From IMG/VR virus record IMGVR_UViG_3300037400_001251: a stretch of 64,000 bases of DNA. One strand, written 5' to 3'. Shown here one piece after another: positions 1 through 10,187 of this stretch; position 1 is the stretch's first letter; each line of letters begins with the position of its first letter. This stretch comes from an uncultured virus (IMG/VR IMGVR_UViG_3300037400_001251). Taxonomy: Duplodnaviria > Heunggongvirae > Uroviricota > Caudoviricetes. The position numbers were made by a program, and so were the translations under genes. The notes beneath the pieces were generated by a model. The model saw nothing but the letters and a program-made list of their open reading frames with translations, was not told the origin of the DNA and made no database searches.

Positions 1-360
1 TAAAATATAAGATTAAAGATTAATATGAGTAATAATAGAAATAATTAATTATAACTTACGAATTGTATAGATAATTTAATGCTTATGAGCAAGTTATCTA
101 TATGCTATTATAATAATTGATTATTCCTATATATGAAAATATGAAATTTAATCTTACGATTTTAAAATATTTTGATATACTTTGATGTATAAGTTATTGT
201 GTGATAAAACCATTACTTAAAGATATATACTAATGACATTATGCTTTTATAGATACTTTTCCTAAGATAGATTGTCATTACACTTTCATGAGTGACCAAA
301 ATCATAATTGAAAGTTTTTTCTTGAACACTCGATAGGCACTGATATATTTTGAAAGGACA

Positions 361-1509
361 ATGAACATGCTGTTAGACTCTGAAAAAGAATTATATGATA
401 ACATAAAGAAAGCTATTAATTCAGATAAGAAACTAGCTAAGGCTTTCTTTAGAGCCATTGGCAAATCTGCATTATATATAACTATAGAAGATAAAAATAT
501 TTTTGATAAAGATAATACTACTTATGAGACAAATATTGTGAAATTTCCTCACGATACAGATATCTATATTTGTCAGGATTCAGACGGAGATTTCCTAATA
601 AGTGAAGGAGAATGGGATAATAGTGATAAGCAAATCAACTTGACTGGATTTCTAGGAGATCCTAAAACAATGTTCAGAGAAATAGCTGACAAGTTAATTT
701 CTCATTATGTAGAAGATCCCGATTCGTTTGAAAAAGTAAAGAATGCTAAAAGCGTTCTTAGATATAAAATCATGTCAGATAAAATGAATACTTTGTCTCA
801 GATATTGAAAACTAATAATAGTATATATGCTATATTTAAAAGGCATAAAGATATTTCTTATGCTGACCAAGACATAGAACTAAGAAGTATCTATCAGGCC
901 TTAGGAAAACAGATTTGGTATTTATATACTAATACAGAAGACATAGACTACGATAAGATAAAAAGATATCTATGGCAAATAGATTCAGATTATTCTTTAA
1001 TTTTAGAACTAATGCCTACAGGTATGTTATCTTTAAAATTATTGAAAGCATACAATGATTCTATAAAGAATTATTTTAAAACGGGTAATTATAATAACTA
1101 CATTAAGAATCTTATAATAGATGAAGAAACTTTTGTTATAGATTATTATAAGCAACTACCTCTTAGAAATTTCTCTATAGAAAATTTAATCTATATACGA
1201 GGATGTGGAACTTATGGAAATATTCAAGGTCTATTGAAATTTTCTAGAGCAAAAGATATAAGTAATATTGTACAAAAGTTTTCTGAACTTTTATATGATA
1301 GATCAGTTAAAGGGTATTCTGAAAGCTGGACTATAGAAAGTTTTAAAAGCAATTATAATGACATACGTGATCCAGAATATAATTCACCTGTATTATATAT
1401 GCGTTATCTTAAAGACAACTCCATAGAATTTGAATACCAAGAAAAAGATGTCAAAGAAACAGTAAAGATTACATCTATAGAAGCTTTACTAAAATTATTT
1501 AATCAATGA
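361..1509 (+). CDS. hypothetical protein
   Basis: 382-aa ORF after TTTGAAAGGA RBS (start may be 367); no motif recognised. Confidence 0.6.
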   Translation: MNMLLDSEKELYDNIKKAINSDKKLAKAFFRAIGKSALYITIEDKNIFDKDNTTYETNIVKFPHDTDIYICQDSDGDFLISEGEWDNSDKQINLTGFLGDPKTMFREIADKLISHYVEDPDSFEKVKNAKSVLRYKIMSDKMNTLSQILKTNNSIYAIFKRHKDISYADQDIELRSIYQALGKQIWYLYTNTEDIDYDKIKRYLWQIDSDYSLILELMPTGMLSLKLLKAYNDSIKNYFKTGNYNNYIKNLIIDEETFVIDYYKQLPLRNFSIENLIYIRGCGTYGNIQGLLKFSRAKDISNIVQKFSELLYDRSVKGYSESWTIESFKSNYNDIRDPEYNSPVLYMRYLKDNSIEFEYQEKDVKETVKITSIEALLKLFNQ

Positions 1510-1522
1510 AAGGACAATAACA

Positions 1523-1744
1523 ATGGCTTTAATAGAATTCTGCGATATAGAAACCAAAACTATTACTGTAGTTAATGCTAGAAAAATTACTCGTGTTAAA
1601 ATATTTACTGACGAGAAAACTGGTAGAACAGGTACTAGAATATCAATACCAGGGGAAGTTATATACACTAATGAAACTATAGAAGAAGTAGTTAGAAGAT
1701 GGAATATAGCTTTAAGCGGAAAGCAAGAAATCATTAAACTTTGA
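1523..1744 (+). CDS. small protein, FlbD-like; paralog of next gene
   Basis: MALIEF..VNARKI..ETIEEVVRRWNIAL; GAAAGGA RBS. Confidence 0.5.
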   Translation: MALIEFCDIETKTITVVNARKITRVKIFTDEKTGRTGTRISIPGEVIYTNETIEEVVRRWNIALSGKQEIIKL

Positions 1745-1761
1745 AAGGAGACAATATAACA

Positions 1762-1974
1762 ATGGCTTTAATAGATTTTTATGATTATGAAAACAACCAA
1801 GAAATAGTAACTGTCAATGCAGATAGAATAGTATCTATAGGACCGTATAGTACGAAAGAAATTTTAATAAGTACTGTAGACCCAGAAAATTATATTATTA
1901 CTAAAGAGCCTAGGAAAGAAGCTGTTGCTAGATGGAACAATGCTTTAAAGGGTAAAAGGGAGGAACTTAAATGA
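1762..1974 (+). CDS. small protein, FlbD-like; paralog of previous gene
   Basis: MALIDF..VNADRI..EAVARWNNAL; start moved to the ATG after GAAAGGAG. Confidence 0.5.
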   Translation: MALIDFYDYENNQEIVTVNADRIVSIGPYSTKEILISTVDPENYIITKEPRKEAVARWNNALKGKREELK

Positions 1975-2267
1975 AAGAACCTTCTCCTTTAGAATGGGTA
2001 ATTGTAATCTATGATGATAAATGGCATAACCCTTGTGGCAACGATGGCATAATATTTACTGGTTGCACTAGTTATCATTATGCCAGAAAGAAATTAGAAA
2101 GATTAGATATATTTAAGAAGATTTATAAAGACGCTAAGTATGTTTACCCTATGACTAGAGGAATGTGGAAATCTGTTCCTCAAGATGATATAGATAAATA
2201 TGCTAAACAATTAAATCTGAACGTAGAAGATTACATTAGTAACTATAGACGTTCATTATTTGCATAA
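1971..2267 (+). CDS. hypothetical protein
   Basis: 98-aa ORF with GGAGG RBS, overlaps upstream stop. Confidence 0.6.
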   Translation: MKEPSPLEWVIVIYDDKWHNPCGNDGIIFTGCTSYHYARKKLERLDIFKKIYKDAKYVYPMTRGMWKSVPQDDIDKYAKQLNLNVEDYISNYRRSLFA

Positions 2268-2348
2268 TAGAAACTTATTTCTAAAAAGGCAAACAAGATC
2301 TTAACTCGTTTTACTAAATGATATGTGTGAAAGGATAATAATAGATAA

Positions 2349-2600
2349 GTGACAAAACGAGTTTATACGCTAGTATTTATAAATGCTGGCAATATACTTC
2401 AATTCCATGCGGAGTCTTTCCAAACAGCTTTAGAACTTGTAGAAATCATTACGCCTATAATAGATAATATCTATGATGGTAAGACTGAAGCTCAGTTATA
2501 TATTGACACAGGTACTAGATGCTATAAATGGATTGACGAAGAAACAGGTATTGAAGATGTGATGGATTATATAGAATATAAGAATGAGGTTATAGATTAG
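2349..2600 (+). CDS. hypothetical protein
   Basis: 83-aa ORF, GTG start after GAAAGGA. Confidence 0.5.
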   Translation: MTKRVYTLVFINAGNILQFHAESFQTALELVEIITPIIDNIYDGKTEAQLYIDTGTRCYKWIDEETGIEDVMDYIEYKNEVID

Positions 2601-2662
2601 GAGAGGATCTTTTCGTAGAGGCAAAAATTCTATAAGTATTTGAAAGGAAACCATATAGAATT

Positions 2663-2797
2663 ATGATAACATTATTAATAGTAATACCAATTATAATATT
2701 ATTATTAGTTATTATTAGTATTAAAAGAAAGAAAGATCTAGAAGATAGATTAAGATTCAAAGTTATGTATGGTGTTACCGGGGAGGAAAAGAATTAA
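2663..2797 (+). CDS. small single-pass membrane protein (not in ORF track)
   Basis: MITLLIVIPIIILLLVIISIKRKKDLEDRLRFKVMYGVTGEEKN*; upstream TTTGAAAGGA; stop overlaps the next ATG. Confidence 0.55.
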   Translation: MITLLIVIPIIILLLVIISIKRKKDLEDRLRFKVMYGVTGEEKN

Positions 2798-3795
2798 TGG
2801 GTATCATCATAGAAGAACGTAAGAACCGTTACGGTAACAAGGATGTCTGGTTAGAAAAATATAGACCATCAGACATTAATGAAGTTGTGTTACCTGATAA
2901 GTATAGAAAGAAATTCAAAGAATTCATTACTAATCAAGAATTTCCAAGTCTATTATTAATAGGTAGTCCTGGCACTGGTAAAACTACAATGGCATATATT
3001 CTATTAGATGCCTGTATTGGAGATACTGCAGATTATCTAGAAATGAATGGTTCTCTATTTAGAGGCATAGAAGTCATTAGAAGTCTAGATGATTTTATAA
3101 AAGCAGATTCTATGTTCAGTAAACGTAAGGTTATATTCATAGATGAAGCTGATAAATTAACTGCAGATGCTCAAGATAGTTTACGTAATCTAATAGAACA
3201 GAATAGTGACCATTTAAGTTTTCTATTAACAGCTAACTATCCTCATAAGATAACGGAAGCTTTAAAATCTAGATTACAGACTTATCAATTTGAAAAGCTT
3301 CCTGAAGATAATAGAAGGAACTTTGTCTATAAAGTATTAGCTAATGAAAATATTAGATATAATACTGAAGAAGTAGAATATATCATTAAGGCAACAGATC
3401 CAGATTTAAGAAGATGTCTTAATGAAATCAATAAAGCTGTCATTACAGATTCTACTGGAAGTAAAGTATTATCATTAGGCAATACAGATGAATCCTTTTT
3501 GATAGAACAGAAGTTTGTAGAAAACATCAATAATATTTTGATATTTGCTCAACAGAATAATCCTGAAGCTATGAAGCAATGTTGTGCTTGGGCATATACT
3601 CAAATATTTAATGATGTAATGAATCATGAAACTGTCTATGAAAAACTAGTTGAGATAATGCCTAATATAAGAATCAAGACAATGGCAGCACATTATTATA
3701 ATGAGTTACCAACTTGCCCATCTCCTAAAATGAATATGATAGAATTCTTTGGAGAAATGATAATCTATATTAGGACATTATATAGAATGTCTTAA
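2797..3795 (+). CDS. clamp loader AAA+ subunit (RFC small / T4 gp44-like)
   Basis: WLEKYRP, Walker A GSPGTGKTT, Walker B IFIDEAD, ALKSRL, DLRRCLN. Confidence 0.9.
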   Translation: MGIIIEERKNRYGNKDVWLEKYRPSDINEVVLPDKYRKKFKEFITNQEFPSLLLIGSPGTGKTTMAYILLDACIGDTADYLEMNGSLFRGIEVIRSLDDFIKADSMFSKRKVIFIDEADKLTADAQDSLRNLIEQNSDHLSFLLTANYPHKITEALKSRLQTYQFEKLPEDNRRNFVYKVLANENIRYNTEEVEYIIKATDPDLRRCLNEINKAVITDSTGSKVLSLGNTDESFLIEQKFVENINNILIFAQQNNPEAMKQCCAWAYTQIFNDVMNHETVYEKLVEIMPNIRIKTMAAHYYNELPTCPSPKMNMIEFFGEMIIYIRTLYRMS

Positions 3796-3814
3796 AAGAA
3801 AACAGTGATATAAA

Positions 3815-4936
3815 ATGGCAGAAAAGATAACAGTTAAAGAAGCATTAGAAATACTCAAAGATAATATAAGATTGGTGAGAGTATTACCTAATGGTGAGCA
3901 TATATTTAAATGTCCTTTTTGTGGTGATAGTGATAACCCTTATCATGGGCATTTATATGTATCACCCGAAGGACTAATGAACTGTTATAAATGTGAAATG
4001 AAAGGTACTGTCAATAGATTACTTAATATCTTTGTCAGTACCAAATATCACTGTAATTTAGGTATAGATCCAACTAAGTCTTATAAGCAGTATTCTACTA
4101 GAGTTACTAAACAACTAAGATTAGATACTACAGACTTTGAAAGACATATAGCTGAGATAAGTATGAAACCTAAATTAGTTCCATATTTTGATATTACTAA
4201 ATCATTAGAAACTTATCCTATATATATGGTTAAAGATAACTATATGAATGATAGAATAATAGGTGAAGATAAGCACCTATTACCTATATGGTATATGACT
4301 AATGTTACTCAGCAATTATGTACTTATTATAGTGAGTACTTTATGTCAAAGTTATTACAATGTGATATTATAACTAATCCTGGTTTATGTAACGAATATA
4401 TCATGAGTAGAAGGACCAGCATACTATTTCTAGGATATAATAGAACTCTAAATATCTTTAAGAATGATAGTGAAGATGCCAAATATTTTAAGATTAAAAA
4501 GAATATCTATTATGGTGAAGATAGTGATAGAGATTTCTTTATAATATTAAACCAGAATAAGTATATTAATGGATTCACAGATTTATATAAACAAGACTTC
4601 TTAAATGTGTATTTTGCCGAAGGAGTCTTTGATGCTTTAAATCTTTATCTGCACAATCCAAAATATATAACTGGTGTCATACCAGACATCATAGTAGCAA
4701 CTGGTTCGAAGGTATCATATCCTAGTGCTTTATATTATATACTTGATACATTTATGAAACCGATAGTCTCGCATAATTTCTTAGATCCTGATATTGACTT
4801 TAAGAAATTCATTAATAGATACACGAGATTGAAAAGAGTATATAGAAGTACTATATGTTACCAAAACGGCATATTTGACTATGGAGATATGAGAAAAGAT
4901 AGACTAGATAATATTAAGATATGCTGGAGATTATAG
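3815..4936 (+). CDS. DNA primase-like (Zn finger + TOPRIM)
   Basis: CPFCGDS...CYKC zinc finger; AEGVFDAL TOPRIM motif; DPD. Confidence 0.7.
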   Translation: MAEKITVKEALEILKDNIRLVRVLPNGEHIFKCPFCGDSDNPYHGHLYVSPEGLMNCYKCEMKGTVNRLLNIFVSTKYHCNLGIDPTKSYKQYSTRVTKQLRLDTTDFERHIAEISMKPKLVPYFDITKSLETYPIYMVKDNYMNDRIIGEDKHLLPIWYMTNVTQQLCTYYSEYFMSKLLQCDIITNPGLCNEYIMSRRTSILFLGYNRTLNIFKNDSEDAKYFKIKKNIYYGEDSDRDFFIILNQNKYINGFTDLYKQDFLNVYFAEGVFDALNLYLHNPKYITGVIPDIIVATGSKVSYPSALYYILDTFMKPIVSHNFLDPDIDFKKFINRYTRLKRVYRSTICYQNGIFDYGDMRKDRLDNIKICWRL

Positions 4937-4943
4937 TAATAAG

Positions 4944-5459
4944 ATGATTAAGTTAACTGATGAACTTACGAGGAATTTAAGGAAGAATGTTTTCATCAAC
5001 AAGATTAAAGACGTGACATCATTTATAGATTTGATTAATAACATCTTTAGATGTATGCTAGGAAAACTTAACTTAAATAATTTCTTCTATAGATTCGATA
5101 GGTCCTTAGCTATTGAAGTTATTAAGAAGGAAGATGATACCTATGATTATGTGTTACATTTAAAAGGTATCAAGAGTGGTGAACAAGTTTTCATGGAAGA
5201 TTTATATGCACTATTATATATCTTCTTTGTGAACTTCAAGGTACTAAATGTATCTAGAACAACTGAGTTAAGTACAGTATATGTCACCTTAAATATTAAG
5301 TTCTCAGTTAAAGAGAATAATATGATTCTAGTAAAAGAAACTTTAAAACGTATTAAAGAACTTAAAGCATTATTAGAATCTATGCGAATAAGATATGCTC
5401 AAAATCGGGAACGTAAAGAAAGAGAAAAACCAGTTGAGGATATCTTTATAACTAAATGA
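4944..5459 (+). CDS. hypothetical protein
   Basis: 171-aa ORF in replication cluster. Confidence 0.55.
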   Translation: MIKLTDELTRNLRKNVFINKIKDVTSFIDLINNIFRCMLGKLNLNNFFYRFDRSLAIEVIKKEDDTYDYVLHLKGIKSGEQVFMEDLYALLYIFFVNFKVLNVSRTTELSTVYVTLNIKFSVKENNMILVKETLKRIKELKALLESMRIRYAQNRERKEREKPVEDIFITK

Positions 5460-5475
5460 AAGGAAGTCATATAAT

Positions 5476-6597
5476 ATGGCGAATTATTCTGTAACCCTAA
5501 CGAATGAAGATTTCAGAAAATTAACTGAAGCATTAACAGTAATATCTTCATTCTTAACAGATGTAGATATTAAGAAAGGCAAAGTTAAGCAATATAACTT
5601 AGCCAAGAATCTAATACTAGATTTAGATATGTCTAGTATCTTTAATGAAGATTTATGTGCATCCAACATTAAAGCTAAGATTCCTATCTTTGAAATTATG
5701 GCTAATGATGGTAAAGATGTTACCATTAGATGCGAAGAAAAAACTGAAACTAGAAACGGTATGTCTGCTACTAGAAGATATTGGTTCTTAGATAATGAAA
5801 TATCATTATTTAGATTCGTATGGACAGATCCTAATAAGTTGTCTACTAGATATTTTAACGATACTGAATGGAATAATGTATCTAGTAAGATTAAACCTGA
5901 GTTAGAAATTACCACATTAACAATGGAAGATAAGCCTGAACTAGTCAGAAAAATCAAAAAGGTTTGTGATACATTTAATAGTGGTAACATCGTATTTAGA
6001 AATGATACCACAGGCTTTTCTTTACAGACTGAGTCTAATGACAAAATAGCTAACGCTAAGCTATATACAGAATATGTAGATCTACATTTAGATAAAACCT
6101 ACATGATAAGTTGCGGCGTGGATTTCATTACCGATGGTATAGTCAAAAGCGTAACTTACTTTAAGACAAAAGATAATGAAACGGCTAGTTTTATGGTAGC
6201 TGATTGTATATTAAATGATAAGGTTACATTTAAAACATACAGTCAATCTAAAGTAAGTTCTGTAGCGTTACAACCAGGTAAAGCAGCTCCTAAGAAAAAG
6301 GTTATGCAAACTCCTTCAGTAGTAGATGCTATAGAAGCTCAACAAGAAGAGTTAGATATACCTAAACAACAGAAACCTACGATACCTGTTACCTTACAAG
6401 TTACCAATATTAAAAAACATGAGCCTGTAATTGAAATGGAAGAGTCTCCTCAGCCACCTCAATTTGACCAGACACCTGTTACAGTACCTCCTAAATTACA
6501 GACACAGTTTACAGGTTATCCACCAATGAACAATCCTGTAACTCAAGCACCTAGTCAAGGTTTCAATCCAATGGTTGATAGTGTAGACTCATTGTAA
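5476..6597 (+). CDS. possible sliding clamp (gp45/PCNA-like) with Pro/Gln-rich tail
   Basis: About 260-aa two-lobed alpha/beta pattern, close to the clamp loader; low-complexity P/Q C-terminus; function inferred. Confidence 0.35.
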   Translation: MANYSVTLTNEDFRKLTEALTVISSFLTDVDIKKGKVKQYNLAKNLILDLDMSSIFNEDLCASNIKAKIPIFEIMANDGKDVTIRCEEKTETRNGMSATRRYWFLDNEISLFRFVWTDPNKLSTRYFNDTEWNNVSSKIKPELEITTLTMEDKPELVRKIKKVCDTFNSGNIVFRNDTTGFSLQTESNDKIANAKLYTEYVDLHLDKTYMISCGVDFITDGIVKSVTYFKTKDNETASFMVADCILNDKVTFKTYSQSKVSSVALQPGKAAPKKKVMQTPSVVDAIEAQQEELDIPKQQKPTIPVTLQVTNIKKHEPVIEMEESPQPPQFDQTPVTVPPKLQTQFTGYPPMNNPVTQAPSQGFNPMVDSVDSL

Positions 6598-6656
6598 TCC
6601 TCCTAAGAAATTAAATTAATCATAAAAATTTAATTTTCTAATGGAGAACATCTATA

Positions 6657-7364
6657 ATGCTTACAGATAGTATTGTCTTAGATTACGTAAAAAGTGAATT
6701 AGGTTATCCTTTTACTGAAATAGAATTATGTGATAAAGATATCTTACATAGATTAAAAACTTTTATGCTAAGATACTTTTCTAGAGGGGTTCCGTTGTAT
6801 AAGTATGTAGTTATTAATACAGCTGATCCTAAAACTAAAGTAGATGAAAGGAATACTTACGAAATCTTAGATAAAGATAATGCAGGTATTATAGATGTCT
6901 TTGATGTCATAAGTGACAATGAAGTAGTAATGTCATTAAACATCTTAGGTTCACAAGGATTACAGTATTCTGATTTACCAAATTGGTATTCAGCTTATCA
7001 AGCAAGAGCCACAGGTTTTCTAACTACCAACTGGTATCAAATATTTGAGTTTACTCCTCCTAACTTTATAGCAATAAGACCAGGTAATACTATACCAAGT
7101 AATTTTGCTGTATGTTATGAAGCACAGCATGTTTGCTTTGAAACTATTCCACCTATTGAAGAACCATTGATATTTGATATGTCGATAGCTTATATTAAAA
7201 GGAACATAGGAACTATTAGAAGTAAGTATGCTACAGTAGAAACTCAATTTGGTGCTATTAATTTAAATTGGGAACAGTGGAAAACTGAAGGTAATGAACT
7301 CTGGGATAGGTGTATGGAAAAACTTGATAAGAAGCCTCCTAGAGTTATATTAGATATCGGCTAA
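6657..7364 (+). CDS. neck/head-completion protein (T4 gp13-like)
   Basis: LDYVKSELGYPFTEIEL N-terminus; KRNIGTIRSKY...PPRVILDIG C-terminus, both resembling gp13. Confidence 0.65.
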   Translation: MLTDSIVLDYVKSELGYPFTEIELCDKDILHRLKTFMLRYFSRGVPLYKYVVINTADPKTKVDERNTYEILDKDNAGIIDVFDVISDNEVVMSLNILGSQGLQYSDLPNWYSAYQARATGFLTTNWYQIFEFTPPNFIAIRPGNTIPSNFAVCYEAQHVCFETIPPIEEPLIFDMSIAYIKRNIGTIRSKYATVETQFGAINLNWEQWKTEGNELWDRCMEKLDKKPPRVILDIG

Positions 7365-7386
7365 TATCATATATAGAAAGGGCCAT

Positions 7387-8208
7387 ATGGGAAAGACTAT
7401 ATTTGCTGGATTAGATTTAAGTAAGAATCATTTTGGTTTAACTTTACTCAATAACTTTGATAAAGATAATCAATTAGAGAACCTTTACTCTTATGTAAGT
7501 ATTTCTAATATGACTAAGAAACAAGTTAAAGAAACTAATGATGCTCCTTACTGTGTAAGTACAACAGCAATGGGTGGAATGTATGGCCCTGATAAAACTG
7601 CTAATTATGCTATATATGATATTAGGATTAACCCTAGGTTAAACAGAATAGAAATGGATGCAGTTAAGTCCATAGCTATTAATAAGTTGATATTATATAT
7701 CTTTAGGCTATGGACTGACTTACAATCAGATGATGAACTATTCGTTAGTCTAGAAGATTATATAGTTATGAATAATGGTATAGTTAGCCTAGTACATACA
7801 ACTGAAGATTTTAAATATAGATTTCTATCTAGTGATTATGATTATATGTATCCTAAGAATAGAACTCTTTTCTTATGTTGTAATAGTACTTGGAAAAAGT
7901 TACTAGGAAAAGAAGCTAGTGCTAAACCTACTGGTAAAGATAGGTATGAAAATATCAAGAACTATATTAAGAATAACGAACCAGAATGTTATGATATCTT
8001 AACAAGAGCATTAAAAGATAAGTCTGAAGATGTTAGGAAAGATATAATAGATTCTTGGGCATTAGCTAAAGCTGGTATGAAAAGAGACTTACCATTATTT
8101 AGAAACTATAGTAAAAGATTATTTAAATATAATGAAAATGAAAGGACTATAACTAATGACTTACAAGGATTTTATCGAGACTTATCTGAAGAAGTCTCGT
8201 TGTGGTAA
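7387..8208 (+). CDS. RuvC-like Holliday junction resolvase/nuclease
   Basis: AGLDLS, LEDY, DIIDSWALA acidic RNase H-fold motifs. Confidence 0.6.
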   Translation: MGKTIFAGLDLSKNHFGLTLLNNFDKDNQLENLYSYVSISNMTKKQVKETNDAPYCVSTTAMGGMYGPDKTANYAIYDIRINPRLNRIEMDAVKSIAINKLILYIFRLWTDLQSDDELFVSLEDYIVMNNGIVSLVHTTEDFKYRFLSSDYDYMYPKNRTLFLCCNSTWKKLLGKEASAKPTGKDRYENIKNYIKNNEPECYDILTRALKDKSEDVRKDIIDSWALAKAGMKRDLPLFRNYSKRLFKYNENERTITNDLQGFYRDLSEEVSLW

Positions 8209-9352
8209 AGTAGCTGAATTTATTGAACTTTTAGCTAACTGTAATTATAAGTATGATACAATAGCAAACTTATATGATGAAGGTTCTATAGGTTTTACTA
8301 TTGGTGACAATAATGATAAAAGTATTCTTATATACATTAAGAATTATAAGAATTCTTGGTCTATTAGTGTAGATGATACTTTACATAATATATCTGAAAA
8401 AGCTTATGGTACTAAGAAGATTAATATCTTAATTAATAAGCTATATGATATATTTACTAAACCTAAAAAGAATGTAATTATAGAAAACTTGTTCTTTGAT
8501 ATAGTAGTTAATTATATTAAGTTAACTAAGTCATTTCATAAACTAAATGATGAGATGAGAATGAGCTTTGACAATACTGCTAAGTTATTAGAACAGGTAG
8601 CAGACACTATAGAGTTAGAAGGAGATACTCTAATAGATCTATTTAAGATATATAAGTTCTTCAATGAAAGATTAAATAATCCTAATAATAATGTAGGATT
8701 CTTCTTCTTTGAAAAACTTGTTATAATGAATACCATATGTGATAAACTATTATCTTATATAGGGCAGGTTCATTATGAAGAACCTAACTCTAATGAAATG
8801 TGTAAGATAACTGCTGAATCTAATCCAATATGTTATGCTCATGTCTTACCATTCTACGGAGGTAAATGTCATAGATTACATGGTCATAATGGTAAGCTAT
8901 CTATTACTATGGAAGTAAGCAAAGACTTCTATATGAAAAGACCAATGATGGTTAGTTATGGTTTCTTAAAAGGTTTCCTTAAGTATATAGATAATATAAT
9001 GGACCATACAACTTTAATCCATATTAATAATAAGAATACTAATTTAAAATTAGATGGCGTTAATTTAGAAGTAGAATTGGATGTAGATAACATTAATATG
9101 AAATTAAAGGATGGGTATAATCTAATACCTAATATAGAAAATGTCCCAATAGGTTCTGCAGAAACAACTAGTGAAATGACATTGGTTAATTATGTAATGC
9201 CATTGTTTAAGATATTCTTAGTTGATTTTATATGTAAGGAAAGTATAGATCATACAGATCTTACATTCTTTGAATTAACAGAGCCAATAAGATTTGTATT
9301 TACATGGGGAGAAACTGATTCTACATATTGTAGTATTCCATTTTCGTTCTAG
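8156..9352 (+). CDS. queD: QueD-like 6-carboxytetrahydropterin synthase with long N-terminal extension
   Basis: AHVLPFYGGKCHRLHGHN, DHTTL, TTSE, WGET motifs in the C-terminal half. Confidence 0.75.
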   Translation: MTYKDFIETYLKKSRCGKVAEFIELLANCNYKYDTIANLYDEGSIGFTIGDNNDKSILIYIKNYKNSWSISVDDTLHNISEKAYGTKKINILINKLYDIFTKPKKNVIIENLFFDIVVNYIKLTKSFHKLNDEMRMSFDNTAKLLEQVADTIELEGDTLIDLFKIYKFFNERLNNPNNNVGFFFFEKLVIMNTICDKLLSYIGQVHYEEPNSNEMCKITAESNPICYAHVLPFYGGKCHRLHGHNGKLSITMEVSKDFYMKRPMMVSYGFLKGFLKYIDNIMDHTTLIHINNKNTNLKLDGVNLEVELDVDNINMKLKDGYNLIPNIENVPIGSAETTSEMTLVNYVMPLFKIFLVDFICKESIDHTDLTFFELTEPIRFVFTWGETDSTYCSIPFSF

Positions 9353-9406
9353 AGGTACTTTAAAAACTATAATATAATATTTTAATTTTTAAAGTTACCA
9401 AGGAGA

Positions 9407-10120
9407 GTGGAAGTTAAAATGTATGCTTGTCTAATAACACCAGGTATTGATTCTTCATTAAGTTATTTCTATTTAAGAGAAAAGATAGCTAAAGGTGAAG
9501 ATATCAAATTAATATATATTCCTATAAGTAAAAAGTATTCTGATATTGAAATAACTAGAATTAAACTAATGGAAAAATACTTTGAAAGAAAAGTGTTTAT
9601 ATATCCTTTTAATAATAGTTTAATTAATGAAGATAAGAATGCTTTTATCGCAGGTAGAAATACCTTACTAGCCACGTTAGTAGAATCATCTATTAATGAA
9701 AGACCATTAAGAATAGTATTTGGTTTTACTGCAGATGATAGAGTATATGATTCTGGTAAAGAATTTATGGATAAGCTTACATCTATACAATCTAGTGAAG
9801 TAAGCTGTATGGCACCAGCTATAGATATAACTAAGTCTAGATTAGTTAGATGGTTCTTTGAAGAATATAAGGCTGATTTCAATAAAGAAGATTTTAGTAA
9901 GTTGTTATATTCTTGTTATGAAGGAAAAGATGAACCATGTGGCTGTTGTAAAGCTTGTATAAGAGCAGCTACTTCACTATATCCTTATGTAGATATCAAA
10001 TTAAAAGAAAGTGTTCTTCCTCAGTTAAAGAATCTATTAGAAGATTATACAATATCTGAGGAACGTAGACGTAGTATTGTGAACTATGTCGGATCACATT
10101 TTTCTAATACCTTGTTTTAA
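9407..10120 (+). CDS. queC: QueC-like 7-cyano-7-deazaguanine synthase
   Basis: PP-loop variant TPGIDS, GRNTLL, SCY..PCGCCKAC zinc motif. Confidence 0.75.
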   Translation: MEVKMYACLITPGIDSSLSYFYLREKIAKGEDIKLIYIPISKKYSDIEITRIKLMEKYFERKVFIYPFNNSLINEDKNAFIAGRNTLLATLVESSINERPLRIVFGFTADDRVYDSGKEFMDKLTSIQSSEVSCMAPAIDITKSRLVRWFFEEYKADFNKEDFSKLLYSCYEGKDEPCGCCKACIRAATSLYPYVDIKLKESVLPQLKNLLEDYTISEERRRSIVNYVGSHFSNTLF

Positions 10121-10187
10121 TAGGTACAATCGTTGTATAATTATAAAAGGCCAAAACTAATTTAAATAAGGAGCAAGTGTTCTTTAA

